In this document: piece by piece, positions 1 through 9,795 of the stretch
Numbering within the stretch: position 1 is the stretch's first letter
Layout of the letters: each line of letters starts with the position of its first letter
Origin: Candidatus Segatella albertsiae
GTDB taxonomy: Bacteria > Bacteroidota > Bacteroidia > Bacteroidales > Bacteroidaceae
Length of the DNA: 64,000 bases
Reading direction: 5' to 3'
Assembly: GCA_002451555.1 (NCBI GenBank)
Contig: DKCU01000123.1
Location: 7-64,006, forward strand
Notes under the pieces: generated by a model
What the model saw: only the letters and a program-made list of their open reading frames with translations
What the model was told of the DNA's origin: nothing
The model's database searches: none
Made by a program: the position numbers and the translations under genes

Positions 1-49
1 TTTCAAGTGGACTCAACTATTAATTTTTAAATCCAAAATAAAAGACAAA

Positions 50-1306
50 ATGAAAAAGGTATTTAAAAGTGCAGTAATGCTCATGGCAGCCATTATGTTG
101 CCTATGGGATTCACTTCTTGTAGCAGCGACAACAATGAGGGTGATGGTAGCGAGTATTCTAACAAGGCTTACGGTAATGCAGCCATCAATGCTTGTACTG
201 ATGTCCAGACCAACTTGGCAAAAGCAAAACAAGCAATCCAGAACGCAAACCTTACAGCAGACCAAAAAACATATCTTGACAACTGCATCAAAGGTTTCGT
301 AAACGACGTAGTAATACCAACATACACTGAGCTAGGTACTGCCGTAGAAGAGATGCACACAGCATTGGGTACATTGTCTGAAACAGAGATTACTCAGAAG
401 AATGTAAATGATGCATGCACAGCCTTCAAGAAGGCACGTAAACTTTGGGAGCAAAGCGAGGCTTTCCTTGGTGGAGCTGCCAGTGACTTCAGCGTTGACC
501 CACACATCGATTCATGGCCATTGAACCGTACAGCTCTCTTGAGCTATTTCAAAAACCCTACAGCAGAAATCGATGACGAGTCTATCTTAGGTTTCCACGC
601 TCTTGAGTTCATCCTCTTCCGTGATGGCAACCCACGTAACGTATCAGAGTTCAAGGGCAATGATACTTACAAAGGATTCGAGAGCATCAGTGGTGCAGAC
701 GAGTTGAAATATGCAGAAACAGTAATCGAAGACCTCTTGGCTCACGTATATGAATTGCAATGCTCATGGCAAGACACACCAGACGCAACACGTCTTAATG
801 TGGTAACAGCCAATGGTTTAGCTTACAGAACACAAAACTATAATAAGTCATATGGTTGGAATATCCAGAACTATGGTGACAATTTGAGTACTTTCCCAAC
901 TTTGGAGGCTGCTCTTGAGCAAATTCTATCAGCAGACGAGGGTAGTGGTTTGGCCATTGCCAACGAGGTAGGAAACAAAAAGATTGCCAATCCATTTACT
1001 TTGGGTGACATAAGCTATGTAGAGTCTCCTTATAGCTATAACTCCATCACTGATTTTCAGGATAACATCCGCAGTATTGAGAATGTATGGTATGGTGGAC
1101 GCAATGGAGCATCTTCAAACCCAACATACAGCTTCCACAAATTCTTTGCACAGACAAATCCTACTGTAGGCAAAGCTGTAGAGGATGCTATCGCCAACGC
1201 TATCAATAACATTGGCAAGATGCCAAGCCCATTCGTGAAGTATGTCAGCGTACTTTGGAACAAGAACTTCGTTGACGCACCTCTTGTAGATTACGGTGAT
1301 GAGTAA
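50..1306 (+). CDS. Imelysin (peptidase M75)-family lipoprotein, iron-uptake associated
   Basis: Lipobox-like FTSC after a hydrophobic N-terminus; imelysin motifs IDSWP and GFHALEFILF (GxHxxE); ESPYSYNS motif; adjacent di-heme protein gene. Confidence 0.85.
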   Translation: MKKVFKSAVMLMAAIMLPMGFTSCSSDNNEGDGSEYSNKAYGNAAINACTDVQTNLAKAKQAIQNANLTADQKTYLDNCIKGFVNDVVIPTYTELGTAVEEMHTALGTLSETEITQKNVNDACTAFKKARKLWEQSEAFLGGAASDFSVDPHIDSWPLNRTALLSYFKNPTAEIDDESILGFHALEFILFRDGNPRNVSEFKGNDTYKGFESISGADELKYAETVIEDLLAHVYELQCSWQDTPDATRLNVVTANGLAYRTQNYNKSYGWNIQNYGDNLSTFPTLEAALEQILSADEGSGLAIANEVGNKKIANPFTLGDISYVESPYSYNSITDFQDNIRSIENVWYGGRNGASSNPTYSFHKFFAQTNPTVGKAVEDAIANAINNIGKMPSPFVKYVSVLWNKNFVDAPLVDYGDE

Positions 1307-1336
1307 TAAAAGCTCTAACGAATAATCAAACCAAGC

Positions 1337-1372
1337 GCATCTCACCATTTGCTTTAGTAAAAGGTGAGATGC
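1337..1372 (+). other. Intergenic stem-loop (mRNA stabiliser or weak terminator)
   Basis: gcatctcacc (1337-1346) / ggtgagatgc (1363-1372) perfect 10-bp inverted repeat between co-oriented genes. Confidence 0.55.
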
Positions 1373-1422
1373 AATTTGTGTTTAAATTGAATCTATACAA
1401 AATACATTATAAATTGAAAATT

Positions 1423-3246
1423 ATGAACAATTTTAAGAATTTAAACAAAATGGCTATCATGGCATTATTGGTAGCCCCTACATTAGTAAGCTGTTCTTCC
1501 GATGACCCAGAACCAGACAACGGAGGTGGAGGTTTGGGTCCTTTGACACCGGGCAATACAGAGTTTGGAAAAGACATAGGTAATTTCACTGCCGCAGAAT
1601 GGTTTCCTGGAGGTGAATTAGGAACCACAACCAACCGTAGCTACTCTGCCTCAACAGCTCCTGTAGATGGTGATGCCGACATGTTGGCAAGTTTCAACCG
1701 TGGTGAGGATATGTTTGAGAAAATTTACACAATCAACGATGCTCCACGCAAAGGCTTGGGTCCGGCATGGGTTCGCAATAGCTGTATCAAGTGTCACCCA
1801 TCATACGGCCATGGCAAGCGTCAGACAGAGAACCAAGGCTACAAGGCTTCTTCTGATGACAACGGCTACCTGCTCGTAGTCTATCATCCTGAGCATGCCA
1901 CCACTTCTGATGGTGTGGAATACACTACCAATAATTCAGACTATATTTCAGAGGTTACAGGTATGCCACAAACAGCAGCCATGGCACCTTTCAAAGCTCC
2001 TATCGAGGAAAGTGGCATACATCTCTCTTGGCCTACCGTAACCGAAATGCCAAGTGGATTGGCAGAATATGCAGGCAATGGTACATTCAAATTCCCTGAC
2101 GGAGAGACATTCAGTCTCATCTATCCAGAAATAACCATTGACGAGAGTGCATTCAACACCAATCCTAAACCATCCAACTATGAGGTTCGCTTGGAGTCAA
2201 CCATCGGTATATATGGCACAGGTTTGCTTGATGCCATCGACCAAGACGACATGAAGAAACAGTATCAGTCTGAGGCAGCTGTTGGTGTAGAGTTAAACGA
2301 ATTGATGTGGAATAAAGCCGCAAATGATTGGGCTGAAAAGGCATGGTACAGCCTGGCAGACGGCACAAAGAAAATCAAGAAATTCACCTATGCCATGACT
2401 CGTGCTTCCTTGCAGGATGGTCCTGGCGCAAATGCTATTTGGAACATCACGAACGTGACACGTTCAGACCGCCACTATCTCTACACAACTCCAGCATGGG
2501 CTAAGGCAATGTCAGAAGATAATGACGTAATCAGCTACATCAAGGCAAACGGAAAAGACGAAACTTCCATCCTTCACCCTTATTGGGCTGATGGTACCGA
2601 CGCAGGTATCGCCAATCGTATCAATGAGATTTTGGGCGGTAAACCTAACCACTCCAACACAGAAGCCTTCGAGAAGTATCTATGGAAGGGTGCGCCTTAC
2701 AATGGCGAGGAAGAGCAGAGTGACAAGGACTACTATGACTTCATGGTTTGGCATCGTGGCTTGGCAGTGCCTGCTGCTCGTGATCTTGGTAATGCGCAGG
2801 TACAACGTGGTAAGGAAATCTTCAACCAAATCGGTTGCCAATACTGCCACCGTCCATCGTGGAAAACTGGAGCAGACAACTACTGGGTTGATAACGCCAT
2901 CAAGGCATACGCTCAGAAAATTGGCAAAGACCCTAACACCATGTTGCCTAAATACGCCAACCAAACTATTTGGCCATACACAGACTTGGTACAGCACCGT
3001 TTGTTCATGAAGAACGACATTCGTACAGGTTGGTGTCGCACCACTCCACTTTGGGGTCGTGGTTTGTCTCGACAGCTCACAGGAGCCGACGACCGTTTGC
3101 ACGACTGTCGTGCTCGCACTGTCATAGAGGCCATTATGTGGCATGGCTACAGCAAAGACAGCCAGGCTTTCAATGCTACCAAGAAGTTCTACAACTTGCC
3201 AAAAGCAGATCGTGACGCAGTTGTTGCGTTCATCAACGCAATCTAA
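1423..3246 (+). CDS. Di-heme oxidoreductase family (DUF1111-like) lipoprotein
   Basis: Two CXXCH motifs (CIKCH, CQYCH), GLGP, TTPLWGRG and LHDCRAR motifs, lipobox LVSC; start moved to ATG 1423. Confidence 0.85.
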   Translation: MNNFKNLNKMAIMALLVAPTLVSCSSDDPEPDNGGGGLGPLTPGNTEFGKDIGNFTAAEWFPGGELGTTTNRSYSASTAPVDGDADMLASFNRGEDMFEKIYTINDAPRKGLGPAWVRNSCIKCHPSYGHGKRQTENQGYKASSDDNGYLLVVYHPEHATTSDGVEYTTNNSDYISEVTGMPQTAAMAPFKAPIEESGIHLSWPTVTEMPSGLAEYAGNGTFKFPDGETFSLIYPEITIDESAFNTNPKPSNYEVRLESTIGIYGTGLLDAIDQDDMKKQYQSEAAVGVELNELMWNKAANDWAEKAWYSLADGTKKIKKFTYAMTRASLQDGPGANAIWNITNVTRSDRHYLYTTPAWAKAMSEDNDVISYIKANGKDETSILHPYWADGTDAGIANRINEILGGKPNHSNTEAFEKYLWKGAPYNGEEEQSDKDYYDFMVWHRGLAVPAARDLGNAQVQRGKEIFNQIGCQYCHRPSWKTGADNYWVDNAIKAYAQKIGKDPNTMLPKYANQTIWPYTDLVQHRLFMKNDIRTGWCRTTPLWGRGLSRQLTGADDRLHDCRARTVIEAIMWHGYSKDSQAFNATKKFYNLPKADRDAVVAFINAI

Positions 3247-3275
3247 TGTGATTTTCACATAACACGATGATAATC

Positions 3276-3318
3276 AAGCCGTCCAGTACCTAAGCGATAC
3301 TGGACGGCTTCCTTTTTT
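3276..3318 (+). terminator. Intrinsic terminator
   Basis: aagccgtccagta / tactggacggctt 13-bp stem followed by a T-run. Confidence 0.85.
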
Positions 3319-3346
3319 CACTGCATACAAGAAATATCCCTAAAAG

Positions 3347-3378
3347 TTTGCATATTCAAGAATAAAGTCGTAACTTTG
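3347..3378 (+). promoter_or_regulatory. Bacteroidota sigma-A promoter (-33/-7)
   Basis: TTTG (3347-3350), 20-nt spacer, TAACTTTG (3371-3378). Confidence 0.8.
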
Positions 3379-3420
3379 CAGCAGAAGTTATTAATCATTC
3401 AAAAATAGAAGGAAACAGTT

Positions 3421-3600
3421 ATGGCAAGACCTATCAGAGAAACGCCGATACTCTACGGCAAGAACGCAGAACGCTTCATGGAAAATATGAAGCGAGTAGA
3501 AAATATGAGTGAAGAACAACGAAAGGCAAATCGTGACAAAGCAAGAGCTGCTTACGAAAGTTTAATTGATCATGTTATTTTCGCCAAAGATAGAGCATAA
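3421..3600 (+). CDS. 59-aa small protein, putative antitoxin of the downstream GNAT (not in ORF track)
   Basis: Hand translation MARPIRETPILYGKNAERFMENMKRVENMSEEQRKANRDKARAAYESLIDHVIFAKDRA; own promoter; TAATG stop/start overlap with GNAT. Confidence 0.75.
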   Translation: MARPIRETPILYGKNAERFMENMKRVENMSEEQRKANRDKARAAYESLIDHVIFAKDRA

Positions 3601-4109
3601 TGGATTTAGTAGAATTTATAAAGGAAGAGGACATAAAGCCATTCGATTGCGGAGATACCGACTTGAATGGCTTTCTTGTTGAAGATGCTATAGCTTTTCA
3701 TCATAAACACATAGGTAAAACTTTTATGCTCAAAGAACAAGATGATATTGTAGCATATTTTTGCTTGCTTAATGACAAAATTACAAAATTAGAAGCTTCT
3801 AATAGTTCGTGGAAAAAAGTAAAAAAGCTTTTTCCACATAACAAACATTTTAGCAGCTATCCTGCTATTAAGATTGGAAGACTTGCAGTTTCTGTCAAAT
3901 ATAGGCACGAAGGCATTGGAAGCAAATTACTTGATATCATAAAGCATTGTCTTTACGAAAACAATTATTACTCAGACTTCCGTTTTCTTACTGTTGATGC
4001 TTATCTCTCGGCAATTCCTTTTTATGAAAAGAATGACTTTAGATTTCTTGACGCAGAAGATAAAAACAAACATACACGACTTATGTATTTTGACATGCTC
4101 GAAATGTAA
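3600..4109 (+). CDS. GNAT acetyltransferase, TacT/AtaT toxin-like
   Basis: FDCGDxDLNxFL N-terminus, PAIKIGRLAVS...GIG acetyl-CoA motif, LTVDA...FYEKNDF. Confidence 0.8.
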   Translation: MDLVEFIKEEDIKPFDCGDTDLNGFLVEDAIAFHHKHIGKTFMLKEQDDIVAYFCLLNDKITKLEASNSSWKKVKKLFPHNKHFSSYPAIKIGRLAVSVKYRHEGIGSKLLDIIKHCLYENNYYSDFRFLTVDAYLSAIPFYEKNDFRFLDAEDKNKHTRLMYFDMLEM

Positions 4110-4121
4110 AATACAATTTTT

Positions 4122-6386
4122 ATGGTAAAAAAGATTATATTCATCCTTTACATCCTTGTGCTCGTTTGTATGGCTACCGCAACAATCGTGGAGAAAAGCC
4201 AGGGCACGGATTATGTGCATGCCCACTATTACGGGGCATGGTGGTTTATATTGATTTGGGCAGCACTCGCAGCCCTCGGTGCTTTCTATATCATTAAGCG
4301 GAAAGTGAAGTGCGCCTCTACGCAGACGCTTCACCTTTCCTTCCTCATCATTCTTGCCGGGGCTTTGCTCACGCATGTCTCAGCCAAACGAGGCATGATT
4401 CACCTACGCATCAACCAGCCTGTCAACACTTATATGGCTAGCGATGAAGAGCAGGGAATGAAGGAAGAGAAACTACCTTTCTCGCTCTGCCTACAGAAGT
4501 TTGAGGCAAAGATGCACGATGGCACCAATGCCGTGGCTGACTATTCCTCCAAGTTCATCGTGATGGACGGCAATGAGAAGAGCGAGGGCGAGGTGTCGAT
4601 GAACAACATCTACTTGCATCGTTCCTATCGACTCTACCAGTCCTCCTATGATGAGGACGGCAAGGGAAGCGTACTCGCCATCAACGCCGACCCTTACGGA
4701 ATTCCTGTCACTTACACAGGATATGCGCTTCTTTTCATCTCCTTGGTTTGGATGCTCATTGACCCTAGGGGAGGGTATCGCAAACTCTTGAAGAGTCCGC
4801 TGTTGAAGAAGGGAGCTTTGATAATAGCCCTTATTCTCAGTCTTGGCAATGTTCAGACAGCAAAGGCTGAATCTTTTTCAGAAAATCTTCAGAACGCCGT
4901 ACTCCCTAAGGAAACTGCAGAGAAGTTTGGCGAACTCAACATTCTCTACAACGACCGCATTTGTCCGGTACAGACTTTTGCCCTCGACTTCTGTAAGAAG
5001 ATATATGGTGCTCGCAATTACCAAGGCATGACTGCCGAACAGGTACTCTCTGGTTGGGTATTCTATGGCAATGTATGGGCTAACGAGCCTTTCATCAAAA
5101 TCAAGAGCGGAGAGATGAAGACGGCGATGAACTTGCCAGACTATGCTTCACTGAATAGTTTCTTCAATAGAGACATGGGTGGTTACACCATCGGACAGTA
5201 TGTTCAGGAATATTACAACGGACAGCAGGACAAATTCCACCAGCAAGCAGCCGACATCGACGGCAAGATTCAGATTATCATGGAACTGCGCCAAGGCATC
5301 TCTCTGAAGGTATTGCCTTATACATTCACCAAGAACGTGAAAGCTACCAAGGACCATCCTTTCATCAAGGCGGGCACCACTACTTGGTTTTCGCCGGTAG
5401 ATAAGTTGCCTCTCGCAGTAGAACATCAGCACGCACTCTATATCAAGAACGTGTTCTCATTGCTCTATGGCGATGTGAAAGCAAGAAACATCGACCGTGT
5501 GAATGTGTTCTTCGACAAGATGAAAAAGTATCAGGAGGTAAGCGGCGGCAACTCACTGCCAAGTAAGACTCAATACAAGGCAGAGCAAATCAACAACGCC
5601 TTCCCATTCGCCACCATCCTCTTTATGGTGAACCTCACCTTGGGCTTTGTCTCCCTCTTCTACACCATCTATCGCATGACAAAGAATCGCCAAGTGAAAG
5701 CTTTGGATATCGCCTTGCCAATCTTGCTCTGCGTTTCCTTCCTTTCCCTGACCTTCGGTTTGGCCCTGAGATGGATTATCAGCGGCAATGTTCCGATGTC
5801 GAATGGTTACGAAAGCATGTTGACCGTGGCATGGTTTGTGATGCTCATCAGCATCTTGATGCAGTTCCGTCTCCGTATCGTGATGGTATTCGGCTTCTTG
5901 CTTTCGGGCTTCTTCCTCTTGGTGAGCCACATCAACCAGATGGATCCAACCATCGGACAGATGATGCCTGTACTGAACAGTCCATTGTTGAGCATCCACG
6001 TAAGCATCATCATGATGAGCTACGCACTGCTGTCCCTGACCTTCATCTGTGGTCTGATGGGCGTCTTTCTTCGCTCTCATGGCGAAGATTTGCAAGCATT
6101 GAGCCGTATCTTCCTCTACCCTGCCCTCACAGCTATGGGCTTCGGCATCTTCATCGGAGCCATCTGGGCAAACGTAAGCTGGGGCAACTACTGGAGCTGG
6201 GACAGCAAAGAGACCTGGGCGCTCATCACCTTCATGATATATGCCGTGGTAGTGCATACACAGAGCTTGCCAATCTTCCGCAAGCCACTCACCTACCACA
6301 TCTATATCACCCTTGCCTTCCTGAGCATCGTGATGACCTATTTCGGAGTCAATTACTTCCTCACGGGAATGCATTCTTACGCATAA
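4122..6386 (+). CDS. ccsA: System II cytochrome c biogenesis protein, CcsB(ResB)-CcsA fusion
   Basis: WWD-domain motif WGNYWSWDSKETWALI, C-terminal GMHSYA, many TM segments, conserved His residues. Confidence 0.9.
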   Translation: MVKKIIFILYILVLVCMATATIVEKSQGTDYVHAHYYGAWWFILIWAALAALGAFYIIKRKVKCASTQTLHLSFLIILAGALLTHVSAKRGMIHLRINQPVNTYMASDEEQGMKEEKLPFSLCLQKFEAKMHDGTNAVADYSSKFIVMDGNEKSEGEVSMNNIYLHRSYRLYQSSYDEDGKGSVLAINADPYGIPVTYTGYALLFISLVWMLIDPRGGYRKLLKSPLLKKGALIIALILSLGNVQTAKAESFSENLQNAVLPKETAEKFGELNILYNDRICPVQTFALDFCKKIYGARNYQGMTAEQVLSGWVFYGNVWANEPFIKIKSGEMKTAMNLPDYASLNSFFNRDMGGYTIGQYVQEYYNGQQDKFHQQAADIDGKIQIIMELRQGISLKVLPYTFTKNVKATKDHPFIKAGTTTWFSPVDKLPLAVEHQHALYIKNVFSLLYGDVKARNIDRVNVFFDKMKKYQEVSGGNSLPSKTQYKAEQINNAFPFATILFMVNLTLGFVSLFYTIYRMTKNRQVKALDIALPILLCVSFLSLTFGLALRWIISGNVPMSNGYESMLTVAWFVMLISILMQFRLRIVMVFGFLLSGFFLLVSHINQMDPTIGQMMPVLNSPLLSIHVSIIMMSYALLSLTFICGLMGVFLRSHGEDLQALSRIFLYPALTAMGFGIFIGAIWANVSWGNYWSWDSKETWALITFMIYAVVVHTQSLPIFRKPLTYHIYITLAFLSIVMTYFGVNYFLTGMHSYA

Positions 6387-6422
6387 GTTCACGATGTTTA
6401 GAACAAAGCGCAACACCCCACT

Positions 6423-6511
6423 TTAAAGAAGCGCATCTATAGACCTTAACAAAGCGCATCATTAACACCTATAGATGCGCTTCTTTAACACCTATAGATG
6501 CGCTTCTTTAA
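6423..6511. repeat. REP-like repeat cluster, 20-bp unit in one inverted and two tandem copies
   Basis: ttaaagaagcgcatctatag (6423-6442) is the reverse complement of ctatagatgcgcttctttaa at 6469-6488 and 6492-6511. Confidence 0.8.
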
Positions 6512-6591
6512 GATAGGTCGCTTCACATCTACAAATCTGGACTAATATGGGGACAAATATATACTGTAAAAATAAGCAAATGCTATCAAAC

Positions 6592-6623
6592 AAAAGCCGC
6601 TTCCCTAAGAAGGAAAGCGGCTT
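6592..6623 (-). terminator. Intrinsic terminator of rny
   Basis: aagccgcttcc / ggaaagcggctt stem with A-run on the left (U-tail on minus strand). Confidence 0.75.
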
Positions 6624-6660
6624 ATATATTTAATATTAAATTATTTTTTTCGCAAGTTCA

Positions 6661-8196
6661 CTATTTTGCATAGGCAACACTACGAGTCTCACGGATGACC
6701 GTAATCTTCACCTGGCCAGGATAAGTCATCTCATTCTGAATCTTGGTTGCAATCTCATCAGAGAGCTTTGTACTCTCCTCATCGCTCATCTTGTCGGCAC
6801 CGACAATGACACGAAGCTCACGACCAGCCTGAATAGCATAGGTCTTGGTTACACCAGGATAACTCATGGCAATTGCCTCCAGGTCATTGAGACGCTTGAT
6901 GTAGGCCTCCACAATCTCACGACGTGCACCTGGACGTGCACCAGAGATGGCATCGCAAACCTGTACGATTGGAGCCAACAAGGTATTCATCTCCATCTCA
7001 TCGTGGTGTGCACCGATAGCATTCACGATGTCTGGCTTCTCCTTGTACTTCTCAGCAATCTTGGCACCATACAATGCGTGTGGCAATTCGCTCTCCTCGT
7101 CTGGCACCTTACCTATATCGTGCAACAAACCTGCACGTTTAGCCTTCTTAGGGTTTAAGCCTAACTCAGAAGCCATCACAGCACAGAGGTTAGCGGTCTC
7201 ACGAGCATGCTGCAAGAGGTTCTGACCATAAGAAGAACGATATTTCATCTTACCAATGATACGAACCAACTCAGGATGCAAGCCGTGGATACCCAAGTCA
7301 ATGGCTGTACGCTTACCCGTCTCGATAATCTCATTCTCCAACTGCTTCTTTACCTTGGCTACAACTTCCTCAATACGTGCCGGATGAATACGACCATCAG
7401 CCACCAGCTGATGGAGTGCCAAACGACAAACTTCACGGCGAATTGGGTCGAAAGCAGAGATAACGATAGCCTCAGGAGTATCATCCACTACGATTTCCAC
7501 ACCTGTAGCAGCCTCAAGAGCACGGATATTACGACCTTCACGACCGATGATACGACCCTTCACTTCGTCATTGTCGATATGGAACACACTGACAGAGTTC
7601 TCGATGGCAGTCTCAGTCGCAACACGCTGGATGGTCTGAATGACAATTTTCTTTGCCTGCTGGTTAGCATTCATCTTGGCATCGTCCATAATCTCATTGA
7701 TATAGCTTGCGGCATCCAGACGAGCCTGATCTTTCAAACTTTCCACAAGACGGTTCTTTGCTTCCTCAGCACTTAGTCCCGAGAGTTCCTCGAGCTTAGC
7801 CTGCTCCTGCTTTTGCATTTTCTCCAACTCCTGTTGCTTAACACCCAAGAGTTTCTTCTCGTTCTCCACACGCTGTTGGCTTTGTTCAACCTCCTGTTTG
7901 CGGCGTCCCAATTCCTCCTGACGTTGATTTAATGAAATCTCACGTTGCTTGAGCTTATTCTCACTCTGTTGGATGCGAGAGTTGCGCTGCTGCACCTCCT
8001 TTTCCAATTCAGCTTTTTTATTGAGGAATTTCTCCTTGACTTCGAGAAGTTTCTTTTCTTTTACTACTTCAGCCTCCTTATTGGCGGCCTCAATCATTTC
8101 ATTATATTTTCCCTTAATGACATAACGGAAAATGAAAAACCCTGCAGCACCACCTAAAACGAGGGCTACGAGAGCAGCAATTATTGTTACTACCAT
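6661..8196 (-). CDS. rny: Ribonuclease Y
   Basis: N-terminal TM, coiled coil, KH domain ([13 protein letters not shown]), HD motif (LLHDIGK). Confidence 0.97.
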   Translation of the reverse strand: MVVTIIAALVALVLGGAAGFFIFRYVIKGKYNEMIEAANKEAEVVKEKKLLEVKEKFLNKKAELEKEVQQRNSRIQQSENKLKQREISLNQRQEELGRRKQEVEQSQQRVENEKKLLGVKQQELEKMQKQEQAKLEELSGLSAEEAKNRLVESLKDQARLDAASYINEIMDDAKMNANQQAKKIVIQTIQRVATETAIENSVSVFHIDNDEVKGRIIGREGRNIRALEAATGVEIVVDDTPEAIVISAFDPIRREVCRLALHQLVADGRIHPARIEEVVAKVKKQLENEIIETGKRTAIDLGIHGLHPELVRIIGKMKYRSSYGQNLLQHARETANLCAVMASELGLNPKKAKRAGLLHDIGKVPDEESELPHALYGAKIAEKYKEKPDIVNAIGAHHDEMEMNTLLAPIVQVCDAISGARPGARREIVEAYIKRLNDLEAIAMSYPGVTKTYAIQAGRELRVIVGADKMSDEESTKLSDEIATKIQNEMTYPGQVKITVIRETRSVAYAK

Positions 8197-8224
8197 TATA
8201 TTATTATGTATTATATTAATATTC

Positions 8225-8524
8225 TCATTTTAAAGCGTCTTCAATTTCGGCAGTCAGTTTTGCGAGAATATTATTATAAGGTTCAGTATCATTACGTCCT
8301 GACTCCTTTTCGAAACGCAACGCTATGTCAAGGAGAGCCATATAAAGAATCTCCTTATCGCTTTTACGTCCCTTGAAGATTTTCGTATATGAGTTTACAA
8401 TCTCGTCAATCAACTTAGCTGACTTGCGATAATACTCCTCGTCCTCCCTTGGTATTCTCACGGAGAGTTCGGTATCATATACATGCAATCTTATTTGTAA
8501 TTTCTCTTCTGTCTGATCTGCCAT
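8225..8524 (-). CDS. zapA: Cell division protein ZapA family
   Basis: [12 protein letters not shown]...[10 protein letters not shown] pattern; position upstream of rny. Confidence 0.85.
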   Translation of the reverse strand: MADQTEEKLQIRLHVYDTELSVRIPREDEEYYRKSAKLIDEIVNSYTKIFKGRKSDKEILYMALLDIALRFEKESGRNDTEPYNNILAKLTAEIEDALK

Positions 8525-8535
8525 AATGCTTCTTG

Positions 8536-8829
8536 TTATTGATCACTCAGTAAGGTTATGCACTTGTTTACATCCCTAATAAGCTTAGCTATTTTCTTTT
8601 GGGTAGCCTCCATATCATTATCTGAAATGGTCATCATCTTGGCCATCTTGAGACTATTGTAATCATGCTCTGCCTGAGTTAACTTCTCCTCCAATTGCTT
8701 AATTTTGGCATCACGCTCATCAACCATAGAATACAACTCAAGATTCTCCTGTTTGATTTCCTCAAACTTGAGTATCATTTGTCGCACTCTCGTTGCAAAC
8801 GTATTGATGGTTTTCTCATTAGCACTCAT
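8536..8829 (-). CDS. Coiled-coil protein (ZapB-like), conserved upstream of zapA
   Basis: Heptad-rich; ends LIRDVNKCITLL. Confidence 0.7.
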   Translation of the reverse strand: MSANEKTINTFATRVRQMILKFEEIKQENLELYSMVDERDAKIKQLEEKLTQAEHDYNSLKMAKMMTISDNDMEATQKKIAKLIRDVNKCITLLSDQ

Positions 8830-8920
8830 TACACTTCTTTTTGGCTACAAATATAAGGGAATATTCCGAGATTAGCAAAAAATCCCTCATATTTTTATTA
8901 AATTTAATGAAAAAGCGTCA

Positions 8921-9568
8921 TTACTTACCCATTTTAGCCTTTGCCTTCTCCACATCTTCATCAGAAGGACGTGGTTCTTTCTTGGCTAACATCAGGACTT
9001 GATAAGTAAAATCAGTCACCCATTTTTGACTGAAGCCTAAACGAAGATTCAACTGTCGCAACTGAGCAACAGTCTTCAACACACTTGCATCCCTAAAATC
9101 GTTTTTGTTAAAAATATCATCAACAGTTTTCTGGGTCATGTTATACAAGGCTTTCTTCATAAAGGAAGGCAGACGAAGCTTGAACTTCATCAGATTTCCC
9201 ATCAGCATCATCAAGTCTTGAGTGAATGTTTGGAACTGAATGAGATAAACATTGACATCTTGCAATTTACGGCAATTCTTCCGAATGCTTTGGTCGATTT
9301 CCTTGAAATACTCATCTTCTGTGCCATAGATATTCTTCATCATCTTCTTGACATGTGACTTTTCACCAATACCAAGCCTATTGTTTACCGTAGGTACGTG
9401 AAAGGTAGATTTAAACACACGAAGGTCAGGAAGCATAGCTAAATTTGTTATACCCAACTGAGAAGCCAAGGCTGCCTGGAAATAAACACGAACAAGCGTC
9501 ATGAAATCTTCCATGCCTCCCACTTTTTCCTCATTTTTATGACCGAATAATTTTGAAAATATTCCCAT
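8921..9568 (-). CDS. Conserved hypothetical protein
   Basis: 215-aa ORF with host-like codon use; upstream TATTTTTG (-7) at 9610-9617 on minus strand. Confidence 0.7.
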   Translation of the reverse strand: MGIFSKLFGHKNEEKVGGMEDFMTLVRVYFQAALASQLGITNLAMLPDLRVFKSTFHVPTVNNRLGIGEKSHVKKMMKNIYGTEDEYFKEIDQSIRKNCRKLQDVNVYLIQFQTFTQDLMMLMGNLMKFKLRLPSFMKKALYNMTQKTVDDIFNKNDFRDASVLKTVAQLRQLNLRLGFSQKWVTDFTYQVLMLAKKEPRPSDEDVEKAKAKMGK

Positions 9569-9732
9569 TGTTTATTCTTTTTTACTTTAACTTATTGAAT
9601 TTCGTTTTGCAAAAATACAATAAAATCACAAAATATCAAAATTCAAAGAGCCTTTTTTGCTCGTTTTCTAAATATTTCCTATTAAAAACAAAGTTTTAAC
9701 CTTAAATATTTCAAAATATAAGAAAAAATCAC

Positions 9733-9740
9733 TACCTTTG
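9733..9740 (+). promoter_or_regulatory. -7 promoter element of wcaJ operon
   Basis: TACCTTTG 55 nt upstream of the start codon. Confidence 0.6.
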
Positions 9741-9795
9741 CATCGTTTAAAAATAAGTTTTAAAAACTGAAATTAAGTTAGAATCCTAAATACGC

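Noticed and set aside
8197..8224. 6S RNA downstream of zapA
   Set aside because: The zapA-rny gap is only 28 nt
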